Of a stretch of 64,000 nt of DNA, positions 48,939-60,032 are shown in pieces. This stretch comes from Candidatus Eiseniibacteriota bacterium (GTDB lineage: Bacteria; Eisenbacteria; RBG-16-71-46; SZUA-252): the NCBI GenBank assembly GCA_963703225.1, contig OY969801.1:2560001-2624000 (forward strand), written 5' to 3'. The position numbers and the translations under genes were made by a program. The notes under the pieces were generated by a model that ran no database searches, had not been told where the DNA came from, and saw only the letters and a list, made by a program, of their open reading frames with translations. Numbering within the stretch: position 1 is the first letter of the stretch; each line of letters opens with the position of its first letter.

Positions 48939-48962
48939 GGCGGCGAGTGTATACTCTGGAGT

Positions 48963-49961
48963 GTGATTTCGCCTCTCCCGCGCGCTCACCGCCTCCACGC
49001 CGGAACCCTCCCTACCGTCCTCGCGATGGCGCTCCTTTCGCTCGGGTGCGCGCGCGACAAGAGCCACGTGGTGGGAAGCGGCACCATCGAGCTGGACGAG
49101 GTGGATATCGCATCGCTCGTCGGCGGCAGGCTCCAGCGTCTCTTCGTGACCGAAGGGGACAGCGTCCGCGCCGGGGACACCTTGGTGGTGCTCGCGCACG
49201 GCGAGATCACGGGTGAGGTGGAGGCCGCGACGGCCGAAACCGAGCGGGCCGAGGCGCTCTGGCGGGACCAGCAGACAGGGCCCCGCGCGGCGGAGCGGAA
49301 GACCGCTCGGGCCGAGCTCGACGCCGCCACGACGTCGCTCAAGCTCGCGGATTCCGAGCTCAAGCGGACGGAGGGGATGTACCAGCGGCAGCTGGTCGCG
49401 GACGCCGACGTCGACCGCGCGCGCGCGGCGCGCGACGAGGCGGCGGCGCGGCGCGCCGCGGCGGAAGAGCGGCTGGCGCTCGTCGAGAGCGGGTACCGGA
49501 GCGACCAGATCGTCGCGGCGCGGCAAGCGGCGCAGGCGGCGAAGGGAGAGCTCTACTCGAGCAAGGCCAAGGCGCACGAGCTGATCCTCACGGCGCCGAT
49601 CCGCGGGGTGGTGCTCCTCAAGAACGTGGAGCAGGGCGAGGTGGTCGGCCCCGGCGTCCCGATTCTGACTCTGGGGAATCCCGACCGGCTCTGGATGCGT
49701 TGTTACCTGGCGACGCCCGAGGTCTCGCGAATCCGAGTGGGCGCGAGGGCCGAGGTGCGGGTCCTCGGCTGGAAGGGGCGAACCTTTCCGGGACGAGTCG
49801 TCGAGATCGCCACCCGCGCCGAGTTCACCCCCCGCTCGGCACTCACCGAAGAGGAGCGCGCGAGCATCGTCTTCGGCGTCAAGATCGCCCTCGATCCCAC
49901 CGGTGGAATCCTGAAGCCGGGACTCCCCGCCGACGCCCGGATCGAAACCGTGACCCCGTGA
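48963..49961 (+). CDS. HlyD-family periplasmic adaptor (YbhG-like)
   Basis: SGTIE..EV.I, V.EGD.V..GD, coiled coil, APIRGVV and AEFTPR motifs. Confidence 0.88.
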   Translation: MISPLPRAHRLHAGTLPTVLAMALLSLGCARDKSHVVGSGTIELDEVDIASLVGGRLQRLFVTEGDSVRAGDTLVVLAHGEITGEVEAATAETERAEALWRDQQTGPRAAERKTARAELDAATTSLKLADSELKRTEGMYQRQLVADADVDRARAARDEAAARRAAAEERLALVESGYRSDQIVAARQAAQAAKGELYSSKAKAHELILTAPIRGVVLLKNVEQGEVVGPGVPILTLGNPDRLWMRCYLATPEVSRIRVGARAEVRVLGWKGRTFPGRVVEIATRAEFTPRSALTEEERASIVFGVKIALDPTGGILKPGLPADARIETVTP

Positions 49962-50677
49962 TCTCGGTCCGGGGGCTCTCCAAGCGCTTCGGGCCGATCC
50001 TTGCGGTGAACGAAGTCTCCTTCGAGATCGGGCGGGGCGAAATCTTCGGCATTCTCGGCCCGAACGGATCGGGCAAGACAACCACGATACGGATGCTCTG
50101 CGGGCTCCTCCGACCCACCTCGGGGACCGCCGTCGTGGCCGACGTCGACGTCGTCCAAGATCCCGATCTCGTGAAGTCGAGGATCGGATACATGTCGCAG
50201 TCGTTCGGCCTCTACCGCGACCTCACCGTGGAGGAAAACCTCCGCTTCTACGGCGGTCTCTACGGGATCGATCGGGACTGGCGCCCGCGGGCCCAATGGG
50301 CCATGGAGACGATGCTCCTCTCCGGTGAATCCCGCCGCCTCGCCGGCACCCTCTCGGGCGGCAACAAGCGGCGCCTCGCGCTGGGGTGCGCGCTCCTTCA
50401 CGAGCCGCCGGTGGTCTTCCTCGACGAGCCCACCGCGGGCGTCGACCCATACGCGCGACGGGTGTTCTGGCAGATCATCCGCGGCCTCGCGGCGCGCGGT
50501 ACGACGATGATCGTCACGACCCACTACATGGACGAGGCGGAGCGCTTCGATCGGTTGGCGTTTCTTTCCCAGGGCCGCCTCAAGGCCGTGGGAACGCCGG
50601 CCGAGGTCAAGGCCTCGTTCGGAGCTGGCTTTACGCTCGAGGATATCTTCATCGCGCTCCAGGAGAAGGAGTCATGA
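49958..50677 (+). CDS. ABC transporter ATPase (YbhF-like)
   Basis: GPNGSGKTT, IGYMSQ.F.LY.DLTV and LDEPTAGVDP motifs. Confidence 0.9.
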   Translation: MISVRGLSKRFGPILAVNEVSFEIGRGEIFGILGPNGSGKTTTIRMLCGLLRPTSGTAVVADVDVVQDPDLVKSRIGYMSQSFGLYRDLTVEENLRFYGGLYGIDRDWRPRAQWAMETMLLSGESRRLAGTLSGGNKRRLALGCALLHEPPVVFLDEPTAGVDPYARRVFWQIIRGLAARGTTMIVTTHYMDEAERFDRLAFLSQGRLKAVGTPAEVKASFGAGFTLEDIFIALQEKES

Positions 50678-51801
50678 GCCTTCGCCGGTTCGGCACGATC
50701 GCGTGGAAGGAATTCATCCAGATGCGCCGCGACCGCCCGACGCTCGGAATGATGCTCGGAATCCCCATCGTCCAGCTCCTGGTCTTCGGCTACGCGATCC
50801 GGATGGACGTGCGGCACCTGCCGATGGCGGTGCATGACGAGAGCCAGACGCAGGAGAGCCGCGATCTCGTGCGAAAGCTGGAGGCGACCGACAACTTCAC
50901 CGCCACCAAGGAGGCTCCCTCCTACGACGAGGCGGTTCGGATGATCGATCGGGGCGAGGTCCGCGCCGCGATCGTGATCCCCGAGGATTACGCCCGGAGG
51001 TTGAAGCGCGGCCGTCCGGCCACCGCCCAGCTGATCGTCGACGCATCCGATCCCAATTCGTCCCAGAGCGCGATCGCCGCGGGGCAGCTGGTGGGCGAGC
51101 GACAGAACATCGATCTGTTGATCGCGAGGGCCGGAGGCGCGGCGGGCTCCACCGCTCCCCCGCTCGAGGTGAGGGTCCGTCCCCTCTATAACCCGGCGCT
51201 CAAGAGCTCGATCTTCATCGTGCCGGGGATCATCGGGATGATTCTCTCCATCACCATGCTCATCATCACCTCGATGTCGATCGTGAGAGAGCGAGAGTTT
51301 GGCACGATGGAGCAGCTGATCGTCACGCCGGTCACACGGAGCGAGCTGATGCTGGGCAAGATTTCCCCCTACGTGCTGGTCGGCTACTTCCAGGTGACGG
51401 CCGTCCTCATCCTGGGCCGACTGATCTTCGGGATGCCGGTCGTGGGAAGCCTTCTCCTGGTCTACGGGATCACGTTCCTTTTCATCGTTGCCAACCTCGG
51501 GCTCGGCCTCTTCATCTCCACCCTGGTTCGCACGCAAGCCCAGGCCATGCAGGCCTCCTACTTCTTCGTCCTCCCCAACGTGCTCCTTTCGGGCTTCATG
51601 TTTCCCCGTGAAGGGATGCCCGCGATCGCCAGGGGAATCGGGCTCGCCTTTCCGCTGACATACTACCTGCAGAGCCTGCGGGCCATCTTGCTCAAGGGCT
51701 CCGGCGTCCTGGAGGTCCTCCCGCAGACGGGGATGCTCCTGGCGTTGGCTCTCCTCTTCTTCGGATTCAGCGTGAGGCGCTTCCGAAAGCAGCTGGAATA
51801 G
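50674..51801 (+). CDS. ABC-2 permease (YbhS/R-like)
   Basis: KEFIQMRRD, LYNP.L, REREFGTMEQL.VTP and LLSGFMFP motifs. Confidence 0.9.
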   Translation: MSLRRFGTIAWKEFIQMRRDRPTLGMMLGIPIVQLLVFGYAIRMDVRHLPMAVHDESQTQESRDLVRKLEATDNFTATKEAPSYDEAVRMIDRGEVRAAIVIPEDYARRLKRGRPATAQLIVDASDPNSSQSAIAAGQLVGERQNIDLLIARAGGAAGSTAPPLEVRVRPLYNPALKSSIFIVPGIIGMILSITMLIITSMSIVREREFGTMEQLIVTPVTRSELMLGKISPYVLVGYFQVTAVLILGRLIFGMPVVGSLLLVYGITFLFIVANLGLGLFISTLVRTQAQAMQASYFFVLPNVLLSGFMFPREGMPAIARGIGLAFPLTYYLQSLRAILLKGSGVLEVLPQTGMLLALALLFFGFSVRRFRKQLE

Positions 51802-51846
51802 GCGGGGTGCTCGGCCGGCAGGGCCGCGGGGCGCTCCCTCCCCTCG

Positions 51847-54542
51847 TCAGAGCGCGAGCCAGTAGGTCAATTTCACCGCGACGACGTTCTCGGGCTGGAT
51901 GTCGAAGAGCCCGTGCCAATCCCGCGAGAAGTCGAAGTCGCCGAACGGCTCGGTCGCCTCGCGCCCCTGTTGCCAGACGAAGAAGAGCGCGGACCCGGGG
52001 CGGTACTCCCATCGAAGGACCGCGTTTCCTCGAAGCGAGCGGAAGTTGAAGTCCGGATTCTGGACCACAAAGGAGGTGTCCGGTCCGGATCCGTCGGGAT
52101 CGATGGTGTAGTCACCCGACGCGTCGATCGTGCTCGTGCCCACGTGCTGGCCGTAGACGTTGAACTCGTAGGTGCTGGGCGCGCGCAGCTCCTTGATCTT
52201 CGAGTAGTCGCCGCTCGCGATGAGCGGCTGGAGATAGAGCTGGAGGCTGAGCGTGGGCGAAAAGGTCCAGTCGAGGCGGGTATCCAGCGAAAGCTGGACC
52301 TGGTCGAGCGTGGCGAACACGTACCGCGCGTCGTAGGTCGCGTCCGCGAAGGAGTCCGTCACGGTCTGCACGTACTGGGCATTATCGCTGTACTTTCGGT
52401 ACGCCGGCTCGAAGAGAAGCCGGAGCGCGCTCGTCGGACGGACCGAGAGCGAGGCGCTGAGCTGCCGCACCTGCCCGCCCGCTTCGTCCCATCCGCTGGC
52501 GCCGTTCAAGCTCAACCGATAGGTCTTGCGGGAGTCGGTGCTGACGCTCACGCGGAAGGTCATGCCCGACGGGAGGCGTGAGAGGGGTCCGCCGCGGGTC
52601 AGTCGGTCGTCGAGGTTCCCCGGGTAGACCTCCCCGCGGAGGGTGGCGTACCAGTAGTTGGATAGTTCCCCCTCGATGTGCCCGGCATATTCCACGTAGG
52701 TGTTGTCGCCGCCGTAGTTCCACGACCAATTCGAGAAGAGAAAGGTGTCCCAGTTTCGAATCGGTCCGTGTGGCCTGTCCTCCTTGTACATGCCGAGCCA
52801 GGACAGCCCCCTGCTGTCGGCGGCGTTCTGGAATCCGACGTCATTGATCTCGAACCCGGGGCTCCAGTCCTGATAGGTCAGCGACCCCAGGCCGTGCCTC
52901 CCCGCCACCTTGTTGATCGAGAAAAGCCCCGCGTACCCGGAAAGGCTCGTGCGGGTGGGGTCGTAGTGGAGGTGGGTCGCGTCGGGGCGCTGGTAGTAGC
53001 GCGCGCTGGACTGCTGGGTGGCGTCGATCGCGGTCGCGTTTCCCTGGACGGTGCTCCCCATGAGCATCGCGTCGATCGAATACCGGCGGCCGTTCCAGTA
53101 ATGATTCAGGTCGAGGCCGCCGGCCCACGCGCTCGAGCGAAGGAGATCTCGAAGCGCCGGGTCGGCCAGGTCGCGGTTCACGCCGGTCACGATTCCGCCC
53201 ACCACCGTGTTCCCGTGGCGATAGTCGCGCCGAAGGCGGCCGATGAAGTAGTTGGTGAGGGGCTCGACGGGTGTTTGGTGCTCGACGGCGAGCGTGTCGA
53301 TGTAATCCGCCCGCTCCAGGGGCGTCACCGCGTCGAGCGCCCCGATCGTCCAGCCGTTCGCGGTCTTGCCGGTCAATTTGGCCGCGGTCGTGATCGTGGT
53401 GCGGGCCGGGGAATCGACATACACATAGTCATCTCCCTCCGAGCGTCCGCTGCGGCGGGCGGCCGATCCGCCGCGCGTGGAACGGGAGGGTGGTGTTGAA
53501 ATTGTTGAAGCTCCGCGTTTCCCCAAAGCGAAATACGTCGGCCCCCTCGATGAAGAAGGGACGGCGCTCGGGGAAGAAGGTCTCGAACGCCGAGAGGTTG
53601 ACGACGGCGGGATCGACCTCCACCTCGCCGAAGTCCGGATTCACGGTCGCGTTCAAGGTCAGGTTGCTCGTCACGCCGTACTTGAGGTCCATCCCGGCGG
53701 CGGGGAACTGATCCTTGCCGTCGCGAAAGGGATCGCCTGGGTCGGTCTGCGTGTACTCGGAGCGAAGCCGGGCGTACGGCAGGAGCTCCAGGTGGCGCGC
53801 GGCGCGCAGGCTGCCCAGCCCGGTCAGGTGGCCGAAGCGGCTGACACCCGATTCCTCCTTCAGCGGGGTGAAGGAGAACTCCGACAGCTCCTGCCGCCGC
53901 TGGATCCAGCGGCGGATCTGGATTCCCCAGGTCGCGTCCTGTGGCGCCGTTGTAGTGGAGCTGGGAGAGGGGGATTTCCATCTCGGCGATCCACCCGAGG
54001 GAGTCGATCGTGGCATGGGCATGCCAGACCGGATCCCAGGAAAGATCCTGATTGCCGCTCGCGGCGATCGTCGCGTCGTCGATCGATCCGGAGGGGCCGA
54101 TGCGGAACACGACGCCGGTGGAGTGGTCGTGATACGGGTCCAGCAGGACCGCGAATAGGTCGGAATCAGACGAGCTGTTGAGTTCGTCCCTCCGCACCAA
54201 CCGCGAGCGGATCTTCGACGGCTCGCTGTCGAAGAGGCGCGCCCCGATGTAGAGGGCATCCTCGCTGATCAAGGCGCGCACCTCGGTCCGCTCCGAGGCG
54301 GGCTCCCCTTCCTTGGGTTGCCGCTGGGTGAAGTGATCGACCATGGCCGCGGCCTGCCAGGCCTCTTCATCGAGGTGACCGTCGACGCGAATGGTCCCGA
54401 TGAGGGGCGCGGCCCGAAGCACGGGTGCGTCGGCGTGGGTGTGGACGACCGCGGCGAGGGTATCGGCCGGCTGCGCTGGAGCCGGCGCCGGGAGGACGAC
54501 GCCGAGGGCCAGCGAGAGGCAAAGTGCCGCGAACCATCGCAT
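51847..54542 (-). CDS. DUF5916/CBM9-like outer-membrane protein; frameshifts at ~53945 and ~53437
   Basis: Signal peptide; DG.LDE..W, NPDFGEVEVD...NLSAFE.FFPERRPFF.EG and C-terminal N.VLRWEYRPGS...VKLTYW across three frames. Confidence 0.8.
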
Positions 54543-54633
54543 GAGTCTTCCCGTGCTCAGGGTTGGGGGTGCCGGCTCCCAACCCTACGCATGGGCAGAG
54601 GGGAGGGTTTCATCCCATGGGGCCGACGATGCG

Positions 54634-56007
54634 TCAGATGGTCTGGGAGGTGTTTTGGTTGGAACGGGGGTGGGCGCCGGGGACCGGGCCGGGCGCCGAG
54701 GGCTCCTCCGCTTCGACAACCCAGCGGACCGACTTCGAGCAGGGACAGACGCCGCCGACCCGCTTCAGCTTGGGCATTTTCTTGATCGCCTGATCCACGG
54801 TGGTCCGGCCGGCCGCGACGTCCCTCAATGTCTCGATGTAGCTCTTCATGTCGCGGCTGTGAAGATAGGGCTCCGGGAGGGAGTCAATGAGATGGCGGAC
54901 GTACTCGTCGACGTCGGTGAATTCCTCGCCGTGCGTGCCCACCAGGGTGAACGCCGGCGTCCCCTTGCGCCGGAAGAAGCGCATGTCGGGCAACTCGATC
55001 AGATCCTCGTGGGAGATTCCCTCATGCCGCCCGCGGTCCGCCAAGAGCCGCGCCGCGATTCGCTCGGCTTCGTCCGGGCTCAACTGGGGCAGGCGAGCAC
55101 GGATAAAGCGCTGGTTTAGGTCCGCCACCATCTTCCGGCATTCCTCGTAATAGAGCGATTGGGCCTCCGCGTTCTTCATGTTCTTGAAGCCGAAGCGGAT
55201 GTTCGAATCGCCCCCCATCTCGTGGCCGAACATCTCCAGCCCGCGGGGCATCCACTTGTTGAACGATTTCTGGATCGCCGACATGGTGATCAGCTCGTTC
55301 CCCTGCGCGGCGCGCTGCACCCACCGCCGCATGGGGATCACGCCGGCGGCGAGGTGGAACGCCTCCTCGCGGAGCATCGGCGGCATCGATTGGGCGAAGG
55401 GCTTGTAGGCGCAGACTCGCTGCATGGCCAGCTGATACTTGCCGACGCGGTCGATCACCGCGGCGAAGACCACGTTGTCGACGAAGGAGTCATACTCGAG
55501 ATTGAAGGCGTCGAGCACGTGGGACCCGGTCTTCATCGACAGGATCTCCTCGATCATCGCCTCGGCCTTCTGCCCCGAGACGCCGCTCCAATCCTGGTCG
55601 ACCAAGAGATGGAACATCTGGTAGCCGTGGCGCAGCTCCTCGGCCATCACCCGGAGGACCCAAAAGCGATCCTCGTCGTCCGGGGCGCGGGCGAGCGTAC
55701 CCTCGTGCTGCTGGATCGATCCGAATTCGGTGGAGGCCTGCGCCCGGATGATCGCCAGGAGGTGCCCGGCGGGCTCCGCCCCCATCTCCGAGGGTTTCAT
55801 CATTCGGGCCTGACCCTTCTTGTCTCCCACCTCGATGGTATCCCCCATGCCCACTTCCATCTTGGCGCAGAGGCAGAATTCGGGATCGTTCGGGAAGTAT
55901 TTCTCCCAGTTTTCGGGCAGAAGGTCGTAGTCGGGAAAGTTGTGCCGCCGCCAGTGAAGTACCGCGTCGTGGAATTTCTTGGGAAGGGTGGTCTGCTCGA
56001 CGTTCAC
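54634..56007 (-). CDS. BoxB/PaaA-like ferritin-fold diiron acyl-CoA oxygenase subunit (divergent)
   Basis: Q..TE..S..Q, EELRH, L.AFN, D R.GK.QL, ML.EEAFH and W.P...EMFG reproduce the BoxB ligand spacing. Confidence 0.72.
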   Translation of the reverse strand: MNVEQTTLPKKFHDAVLHWRRHNFPDYDLLPENWEKYFPNDPEFCLCAKMEVGMGDTIEVGDKKGQARMMKPSEMGAEPAGHLLAIIRAQASTEFGSIQQHEGTLARAPDDEDRFWVLRVMAEELRHGYQMFHLLVDQDWSGVSGQKAEAMIEEILSMKTGSHVLDAFNLEYDSFVDNVVFAAVIDRVGKYQLAMQRVCAYKPFAQSMPPMLREEAFHLAAGVIPMRRWVQRAAQGNELITMSAIQKSFNKWMPRGLEMFGHEMGGDSNIRFGFKNMKNAEAQSLYYEECRKMVADLNQRFIRARLPQLSPDEAERIAARLLADRGRHEGISHEDLIELPDMRFFRRKGTPAFTLVGTHGEEFTDVDEYVRHLIDSLPEPYLHSRDMKSYIETLRDVAAGRTTVDQAIKKMPKLKRVGGVCPCSKSVRWVVEAEEPSAPGPVPGAHPRSNQNTSQTI

Positions 56008-56486
56008 TTGGATTGACCTGTCGGCCGCTTTGCCGGAGGAATCGGCATCTCGAGCGCCTGAAGGGCCGCGTCTTGGAAACCGACCGCGCGCAGGAACGAC
56101 GCGAGGTCGGAATCCTTCCGGTCGACCAACGTGCGGATCATGGCGACATCCCGGCCGGCCATCCGATCCTGCACCGCCTCGAAGAGCCGTCGTCCGATCG
56201 ACCGTCCCTGGTAATCGGGATCAACCCCAAAGCGCTCGATCCAGCCTGTGGTCTCCTCCAAACCGAATTCCCCGCCCCGGATGTCGGAGAACATGAAGCC
56301 AACGACCTTCCCTCCGATCTCAGCCACCGGACAGGAGTCGGGATCGCGTCTCAGGTAGTAGCCGACGCGCCGCTCCCAGACCTCGGGACGGTAAACCCCG
56401 GTCAGCCGCTCATCGATCGCGACAATGCGGGTGATGTCGAGCTCGCTCAACGGCCGGATCCGGATCTCCTGCGCGGTGGAAGTCAC
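56004..56486 (-). CDS. GNAT family acetyltransferase
   Basis: IRPL...D, GWIERFGVDPDYQGRSIG motif; GTGA overlap with the diiron gene. Confidence 0.85.
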   Translation of the reverse strand: MTSTAQEIRIRPLSELDITRIVAIDERLTGVYRPEVWERRVGYYLRRDPDSCPVAEIGGKVVGFMFSDIRGGEFGLEETTGWIERFGVDPDYQGRSIGRRLFEAVQDRMAGRDVAMIRTLVDRKDSDLASFLRAVGFQDAALQALEMPIPPAKRPTGQSK

Positions 56487-56551
56487 GCGATTAGAATACC
56501 ATCGGGGCGGCTGACGGGCGAGGGTTTCGCGTACTAGGGCCTGGGATCTGC

Positions 56552-58099
<1,548 letters not shown>

Positions 58100-58254
58100 C
58101 GAGACGACTCTGACAGGGGAAGGGACAGGCGTCAATCCGGGCCCGAATCGGGCTTGTGCCCCACCACGGCATCGGATAAATTGCCACGGACCCAGGGACG
58201 GGCTTCCATCGGGAGCACGGCCAGGCTGTCGCCTTCTTTTCCAGGAGGATCCAC

Positions 58255-59691
58255 GTGCGCTCGACCCTCAGCCGCCTTCTCCTTTTCGCGGCAACTTTTG
58301 CCCTCATGATTCCCGCCGTCTCGTCGGCCGACGTTTCGTCGGCCTGGTTCGTTCCCGGAGCCGGTGTGGTTTGGCCGCCCGCCGAGTTCGGCACCAAAGA
58401 TGCCGTGCCCACCTTCGGCGGGATCCTGGGATTCAGGATCTCGCCCCCGTGGGCGATCGAGATTCGGGGCCACTACGCGAATCCCGACAGCGATGAAGTC
58501 GGCGGCGCCAAGACCCGCCTCGTCCACGCCGAGGGAAACGTCACATGGTTTTTCAAGACAGAGTCGGCGATCTCTCCGTACCTGACCGCTGGAGTCGGCG
58601 CGGCGCGGATCCACCGCGCGGGCGACACGAATGGAAAGTTCGCCTGGAACGCCGGCGCGGGCGTCCGTATCGCCATGTCGGAGCACATGTCGCTGCGGAT
58701 CGACGGTCGCGACGTGAGCTACGAGGTGCCCAACGCCGCCGGCGAGACAAGCTACCGCCCCGCACCGGAGATCTTCGGCGGCATCTCCTTCGGATTCGGC
58801 GGGAAGCCTTCCGATGAGGACGGCGACGGCGTCGCGAACAAGGGGGACAAGTGTCCTGCGACGCCCCATGGAGCCCGCGTCGACGCGACCGGCTGCCCGC
58901 TCGACGGCGACGGCGACGGGGTCTTCGACGGAATCGACCGCTGCGACGGGACGCCGGCCGGGGCGACGGTGGACGCCACCGGATGCCCGATGGACAGCGA
59001 CAAGGACGGCGTGTTTGACGGGATCGACACCTGCCCGGGGACGCTCGCAGGAGCGCGCGTCGACGCCGCGGGATGCCCGCTCGATTCGGACGCCGACGGG
59101 ATCTTTGACGGGCTCGACCAGTGCGAGGGAACGCCGCGAGGGTGCACCGTCAATGAGAACGGCTGCCAGAGCGATGCCGACCAGGACGGCGTCTGCGACG
59201 GCCTCGACAAGTGCCCGGACACGCAGGACAGCGTGCGCGTGGACGTGAATGGATGCCCGATCCAGGTGAGCGTGAAAGAAACGGAAATGATCGAGACCGG
59301 GATGATCCGCATTCAGGACATCAATTTCGAGACGGGAAAGGCCGTGATCAAGCAGGAGTCGTACAGGACCCTCGACGACGTCGGGAACATCTTGACCAAG
59401 TGGCCGCAGCTCCGCATCGAGATCGGCGGTCACACCGACGCGCGCGGAAGCGATGCCCTTAACCAGAAGCTGAGCGAGGCGCGCGCCAAGGCGGTGCTCG
59501 ACTACTTGACCAACAAGTTCCCCGAGCTCTCGGCGGCCCAGTTCACGACGGTCGGCTATGGCGAGCGTCAGCCGATCGCGACCAATAAGACGCCGCTCGG
59601 CATGGCGAAGAATCGCCGCGTCGAGTTCAAGGTCCTGAACAAGGAAGCGTTGAAGAAGCAGACGGAGAAGCAGCAGTACGTTCCGAAGTAA
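58255..59691 (+). CDS. OmpA-family protein: OM beta-barrel, TSP type-3 repeats and peptidoglycan-binding domain
   Basis: Signal peptide; PYL.AGVG, INFETGK, IGGHTD.RGS...N..LS..RA and NRRVEF motifs. Confidence 0.92.
   Translation: MRSTLSRLLLFAATFALMIPAVSSADVSSAWFVPGAGVVWPPAEFGTKDAVPTFGGILGFRISPPWAIEIRGHYANPDSDEVGGAKTRLVHAEGNVTWFFKTESAISPYLTAGVGAARIHRAGDTNGKFAWNAGAGVRIAMSEHMSLRIDGRDVSYEVPNAAGETSYRPAPEIFGGISFGFGGKPSDEDGDGVANKGDKCPATPHGARVDATGCPLDGDGDGVFDGIDRCDGTPAGATVDATGCPMDSDKDGVFDGIDTCPGTLAGARVDAAGCPLDSDADGIFDGLDQCEGTPRGCTVNENGCQSDADQDGVCDGLDKCPDTQDSVRVDVNGCPIQVSVKETEMIETGMIRIQDINFETGKAVIKQESYRTLDDVGNILTKWPQLRIEIGGHTDARGSDALNQKLSEARAKAVLDYLTNKFPELSAAQFTTVGYGERQPIATNKTPLGMAKNRRVEFKVLNKEALKKQTEKQQYVPK
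58810..59259 (+). repeat. Five imperfect 90-nt (30-aa) tandem repeats, thrombospondin type-3-like Ca-binding
   Basis: Unit xDxDxDGVxDxxDxCxxTPxGxxVDxxGCP repeated five times. Confidence 0.9.
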
Positions 59692-59761
59692 GGAGCAGGC
59701 TCCGCCGGGTCGGGACGGGGCATCGCGGGGAGGGGTCTAATCCTGGCCGGTGTGGGGTTGG

Positions 59762-59950
59762 TCGCGTCCGGGCCTCAGGGTTCGGGGCGGCCTTCCCCCA
59801 CTGGGCTCGGTGTTTAGCGAGAATGGCCGTCCCCACGAAAGCGGCGGGGTCCCGGGCTAAAGGTCAGGGACTCGATGGTCGATAGGTTCCGTTAGGCGAC
59901 TTCGCGCCCTGTGAGACGCGAAGGGCGTGCCTCGCCAAGGAAGGCGGGGA
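59762..59950 (+). ncRNA. Candidate multi-stem structured RNA of unknown family
   Basis: Nested stems found by eye: 59762-68/59915-21, 59778-85/59801-08, 59811-24/59886-98, 59825-31/59874-80, a GAAA-capped hairpin 59833-44, 59847-57/59863-73 and 59930-36/59943-49. Many pairs are G-U, which favours the + strand, and a terminator follows. Confidence 0.5.
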
Positions 59951-59959
59951 TTGTGTGCA

Positions 59960-59990
59960 GGGGCCGCAGTGATGCGGCCCCATTTGTTTT
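59960..59990 (+). terminator. Intrinsic terminator
   Basis: GGGGCCGCA-GTGA-TGCGGCCCC followed by ATTTGTTTT. Confidence 0.8.
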
Positions 59991-60032
59991 GCCGTGGGGG
60001 GTGCTCGAGCGGGACGTTGAAGGGAGCCGCGC

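Noticed and set aside
58810..59259. CRISPR array or DGR template/variable repeats
   Set aside because: The repeats are in-frame, degenerate 90-nt coding units with no spacers, and no cas or reverse transcriptase gene is in the window.
59825..59890. c-di-GMP-I riboswitch (GAAA hairpin followed by a second stem)
   Set aside because: The conserved GGCAAAC/GACGCAAAG elements are not present, and no downstream gene lies on the same strand.
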